From: Promethearchaeota archaeon
Lineage (GTDB): Archaea; Asgardarchaeota; Lokiarchaeia; Sigyniarchaeales; SOKP01
Reading direction: 5' to 3'
NCBI GenBank assembly: GCA_004524535.1
Contig: SDNY01000129.1
Location: 1-10,030, forward strand
DNA length: 10,030 bases
Part shown: piece after piece, positions 7,689 through 10,030 of the stretch
Numbering within the stretch: the stretch's first letter is position 1
How the letters are laid out: each line of letters opens with the position of its first letter
Notes under the pieces: generated by a model
The model's input: the letters and a program-made list of their open reading frames with translations, nothing else
What the model was told of the DNA's origin: nothing
Database searches by the model: none
Made by a program: the position numbers and the translations under genes

Positions 7689-9419
7689 ATGGTTAAAATG
7701 TTGAAAAATTTAGATAGAGGTTTGTTGCAAAATATTTACAACTCTAATGAATTTAAAGGGTGGCTTCTTTCGAGGAGATGGTTCGGAGATAAGTCTGTCT
7801 TGTCTAACTTAGAGTTCAAGGTGAATATTGAATATTTTGCAATTATTTCAGAAAGGATTTTTCTTAATATCATAAAAATTGAAACTTCCGTTTACTCAAA
7901 ATCATATTTTCTGCCTCTCATTTATTATAAAAAAATTCAAGATATTCTTAAACAAAGTGAAAAGAACAAGGATAATGTTATAAGACTAACTGAAATTACA
8001 TTTAGTAAGAAAGTAGCACTTACTATAGGAAACGAGCAAAAAATTTTTACGCTTAATTTGTTAGAAGCAGAATATTGTCTTTTTTTCTGGAAAAAGATCT
8101 TATTTGACAAAGATATTATTGAGGAATTTCCTACAAATTCTTTGGAACTTTCCCTCTACACTGAACAATTTCAAGATGATATCAGTAGGAAGGAAGTTCA
8201 AAACTTAATAGAGGCAAGTTTATTTCCTAATCGATATAATTACTCACTTCAGCAGCTAGGAGCCGGGAATACCACTAATACTTTATTCTTATTGACTCTA
8301 GACAAAAAAATGGCTGACCAAAATCCGGTTTCCTTTGTTTTAAAATCGTACAAGGTATATTCGGAAAGTTTAGAACCTTCTATATTATATGTTTTAGTGA
8401 AAAATAACTTTCCAAATGCCCCTAAAATCTATGGAACGATTAAAATAAAAGGAATCGAAACCCTTGGAATAATTGAAAGTGTCCAAAATATTGGGAATAT
8501 AGGAGCTATAGTCTGGAATGAACTCAACGATATGATCTATGATGTTTTCAAAAAGATTGATGGAGATTATTCTCATCTTTCCGAAAAAAGTGATATTTCT
8601 AATTTTATTAAAAAATATTTCGTTGAGACTCTCAAAATTTCAGAGCAAATGGGTATATATATTAATAAACTACATGAATCACTGATATTGCCGGACGAAA
8701 AAGATTTTAATGTAGAGATAGTTGATAGCGAAAATTATTTGAGAAATTACACGGAAAAGCTGAATTCTGTAATCTCCGAATTACAGAATAATATCAGTCA
8801 GAAATCGGAAAAAACCTTTTATAATTTACCAAAAATAAAATCTATCTTAATTGACATTTCTATTATTATTGAGAAATTCCGTTCAGAGTTCGAAGAGACT
8901 CAAATAAAAATCCAACCTGTCCATCAAGATCTACATATGGAACAAATACTCTATAATAAAAAAGATAACGGAAATTATGATTTCTGTTTTATTGATTTTG
9001 AGGGGGATCCTCAACTTAAAACAGAAGAAAAGAAAAGAAAATTTCCAGTTGAAAAAGATTTAGCGTCTCTTTTAAGGTCTCTTAGTTACATTAAATTCAA
9101 CACTTTACTTAATTTTATTGAGAAAAAAATAATCCAAAAATACCTTATAGAAGTGCCTGAGGAAATTCTATATAGTCTCTATTTCCGAAAAGCGTTAATA
9201 GGTAAAGGAAAAGTCTTAGAGACTGTCTTAAAAGTACTTAACGTATGGGAAGAAAAAATAATGAGAAAAATCATAAAAACGCTTAACCCAAACATCACTT
9301 TAACGAATTATTTCACCATAGAGCGCACTTTACACGAGCTTAATTACGAACTTTTATTTAGACCAAATAAGACAATTGTACCAATTTTAGGATTAAAAGA
9401 AATTATTGAAAAATATTAA
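7689..9419 (+). CDS. Maltokinase (Mak/Pep2)-like aminoglycoside-phosphotransferase-fold sugar kinase
   Basis: Mak N-cap motif WLLSRRWFGDK; P-loop region GAGNTTNT; FVLK (K219); catalytic loop HQDLHMEQIL (cf. HGDLHLGQVL); FIDFEGDP (cf. IDFEGEP); KDLASLLRSLSY (cf. RDVAGMLRSFDY); C-terminal LHELNYELLFRP…VPILGL (cf. YELxYELxNRP…IPLxGL). Alternative ATG at 7698. Confidence 0.85.
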   Translation: MVKMLKNLDRGLLQNIYNSNEFKGWLLSRRWFGDKSVLSNLEFKVNIEYFAIISERIFLNIIKIETSVYSKSYFLPLIYYKKIQDILKQSEKNKDNVIRLTEITFSKKVALTIGNEQKIFTLNLLEAEYCLFFWKKILFDKDIIEEFPTNSLELSLYTEQFQDDISRKEVQNLIEASLFPNRYNYSLQQLGAGNTTNTLFLLTLDKKMADQNPVSFVLKSYKVYSESLEPSILYVLVKNNFPNAPKIYGTIKIKGIETLGIIESVQNIGNIGAIVWNELNDMIYDVFKKIDGDYSHLSEKSDISNFIKKYFVETLKISEQMGIYINKLHESLILPDEKDFNVEIVDSENYLRNYTEKLNSVISELQNNISQKSEKTFYNLPKIKSILIDISIIIEKFRSEFEETQIKIQPVHQDLHMEQILYNKKDNGNYDFCFIDFEGDPQLKTEEKKRKFPVEKDLASLLRSLSYIKFNTLLNFIEKKIIQKYLIEVPEEILYSLYFRKALIGKGKVLETVLKVLNVWEEKIMRKIIKTLNPNITLTNYFTIERTLHELNYELLFRPNKTIVPILGLKEIIEKY

Positions 9420-9451
9420 AAAATCATTTAAAATTATGAAAAAATAAAGAT

Positions 9452-10030
9452 TTATTCTTCTTCTAATCTCGCAAATTCGAAAGCACTATAAGATTTAGCT
9501 CTCTCAATAGGTCCAATTTTTTTTAGGTAATCTTTTTTTTTCTTGCTGTCTTTTTCAATAACAGCTGTAGTAAAATCCATCTCATATTCATCTTCAGGGG
9601 AGTAATTAAAGATTTTATAGACAAAAGCCTCAATAAACTTTTCTGGACCGAATTTATTTGAAAATAAAATATAATTCTCTTTATCGATAAATTTATTGAA
9701 AAAGCCTAGATGCATGCAAATATCAAGTTTATAATCAATATTTTCCAATTGACCTTGTAACCTTGCTAAATCGTTAATAAATCGAGCAAATTTTAGCCCA
9801 TATTCTATTTGCGTTTCTTCTTCAAGAGTATGGAGTAATTTTCTAAATGTAGACTTCTTTATACAAATTAAATCCCTATCATCTATCGATCTATTCGAGT
9901 CTTGGTCAATGATTATGTATTTTGCGATCTCTAAATAGTTTCTAATCACATTAGCTTTAGTAATACCCTTAGTATTTTTAATATCTTCTAAAATTTGATC
10001 TAATTCCTTACTGATTCTAACTGTTAAAAC
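9452..10030 (-). CDS. Ribbon-helix-helix (CopG/Arc/MetJ) domain protein with an unknown C-terminal domain, 5'-partial
   Basis: The frame stays open for 27 codons upstream of the GTG at 9949 to the window edge, adding VLTVRISKELDQILEDIKNTKGITKAN before VIRNYLEIAKY. This is a classic RHH strand-helix-Gly turn-helix pattern. Confidence 0.78.
   Translation of the reverse strand, partial: VLTVRISKELDQILEDIKNTKGITKANVIRNYLEIAKYIIIDQDSNRSIDDRDLICIKKSTFRKLLHTLEEETQIEYGLKFARFINDLARLQGQLENIDYKLDICMHLGFFNKFIDKENYILFSNKFGPEKFIEAFVYKIFNYSPEDEYEMDFTTAVIEKDSKKKKDYLKKIGPIERAKSYSAFEFARLEEE

Noticed and set aside
8394-8576. 60-aa - strand ORF
   Set aside because: Antisense to the maltokinase-like gene, short and featureless.
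9947-9949. GTG start given for the last ORF
   Set aside because: The frame is open to the window edge and the GTG falls inside the second helix of the RHH domain.
1-10030. tRNA/rRNA genes, CRISPR arrays, transposases, programmed frameshifts at poly-A runs
   Set aside because: No GC-rich structured RNA segment, regularly spaced repeats or transposase motifs were seen, and the recognisable CDSs appear intact in a single frame.

Overview
AT-rich, densely coded prokaryotic window with archaeal features: TATA-like boxes about 25 nt upstream of starts, oligo-T tracts after genes, an archaeal-type GH57 enzyme and an Isf flavoprotein. The style suggests Asgard/Lokiarchaeia, but that is inference only. 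Left to right: iron-sulfur flavoprotein (-), U32-family Fe-S hydroxylase-like protein (+), pcm (+), a 53-aa basic ORF missed by the ORF track (-), GH57 4-alpha-glucanotransferase/amylase (-), a 158-aa hypothetical with a C2-domain-like pattern (-), a GPH/MelB-family MFS sugar transporter (+), a divergent maltokinase (Mak/Pep2)-like kinase (+), and a protein running off the right edge with an N-terminal ribbon-helix-helix domain missed by the ORF track (-). The most interesting signals are a possible archaeal maltose/alpha-glucan locus built around a bacterial-type maltokinase with no TreS or GlgE in view, the C2-like protein, the RHH regulator, and two Shine-Dalgarno motifs that point at ATT/ATA codons rather than ATG. 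No rRNA, tRNA, CRISPR array or mobile element was seen.
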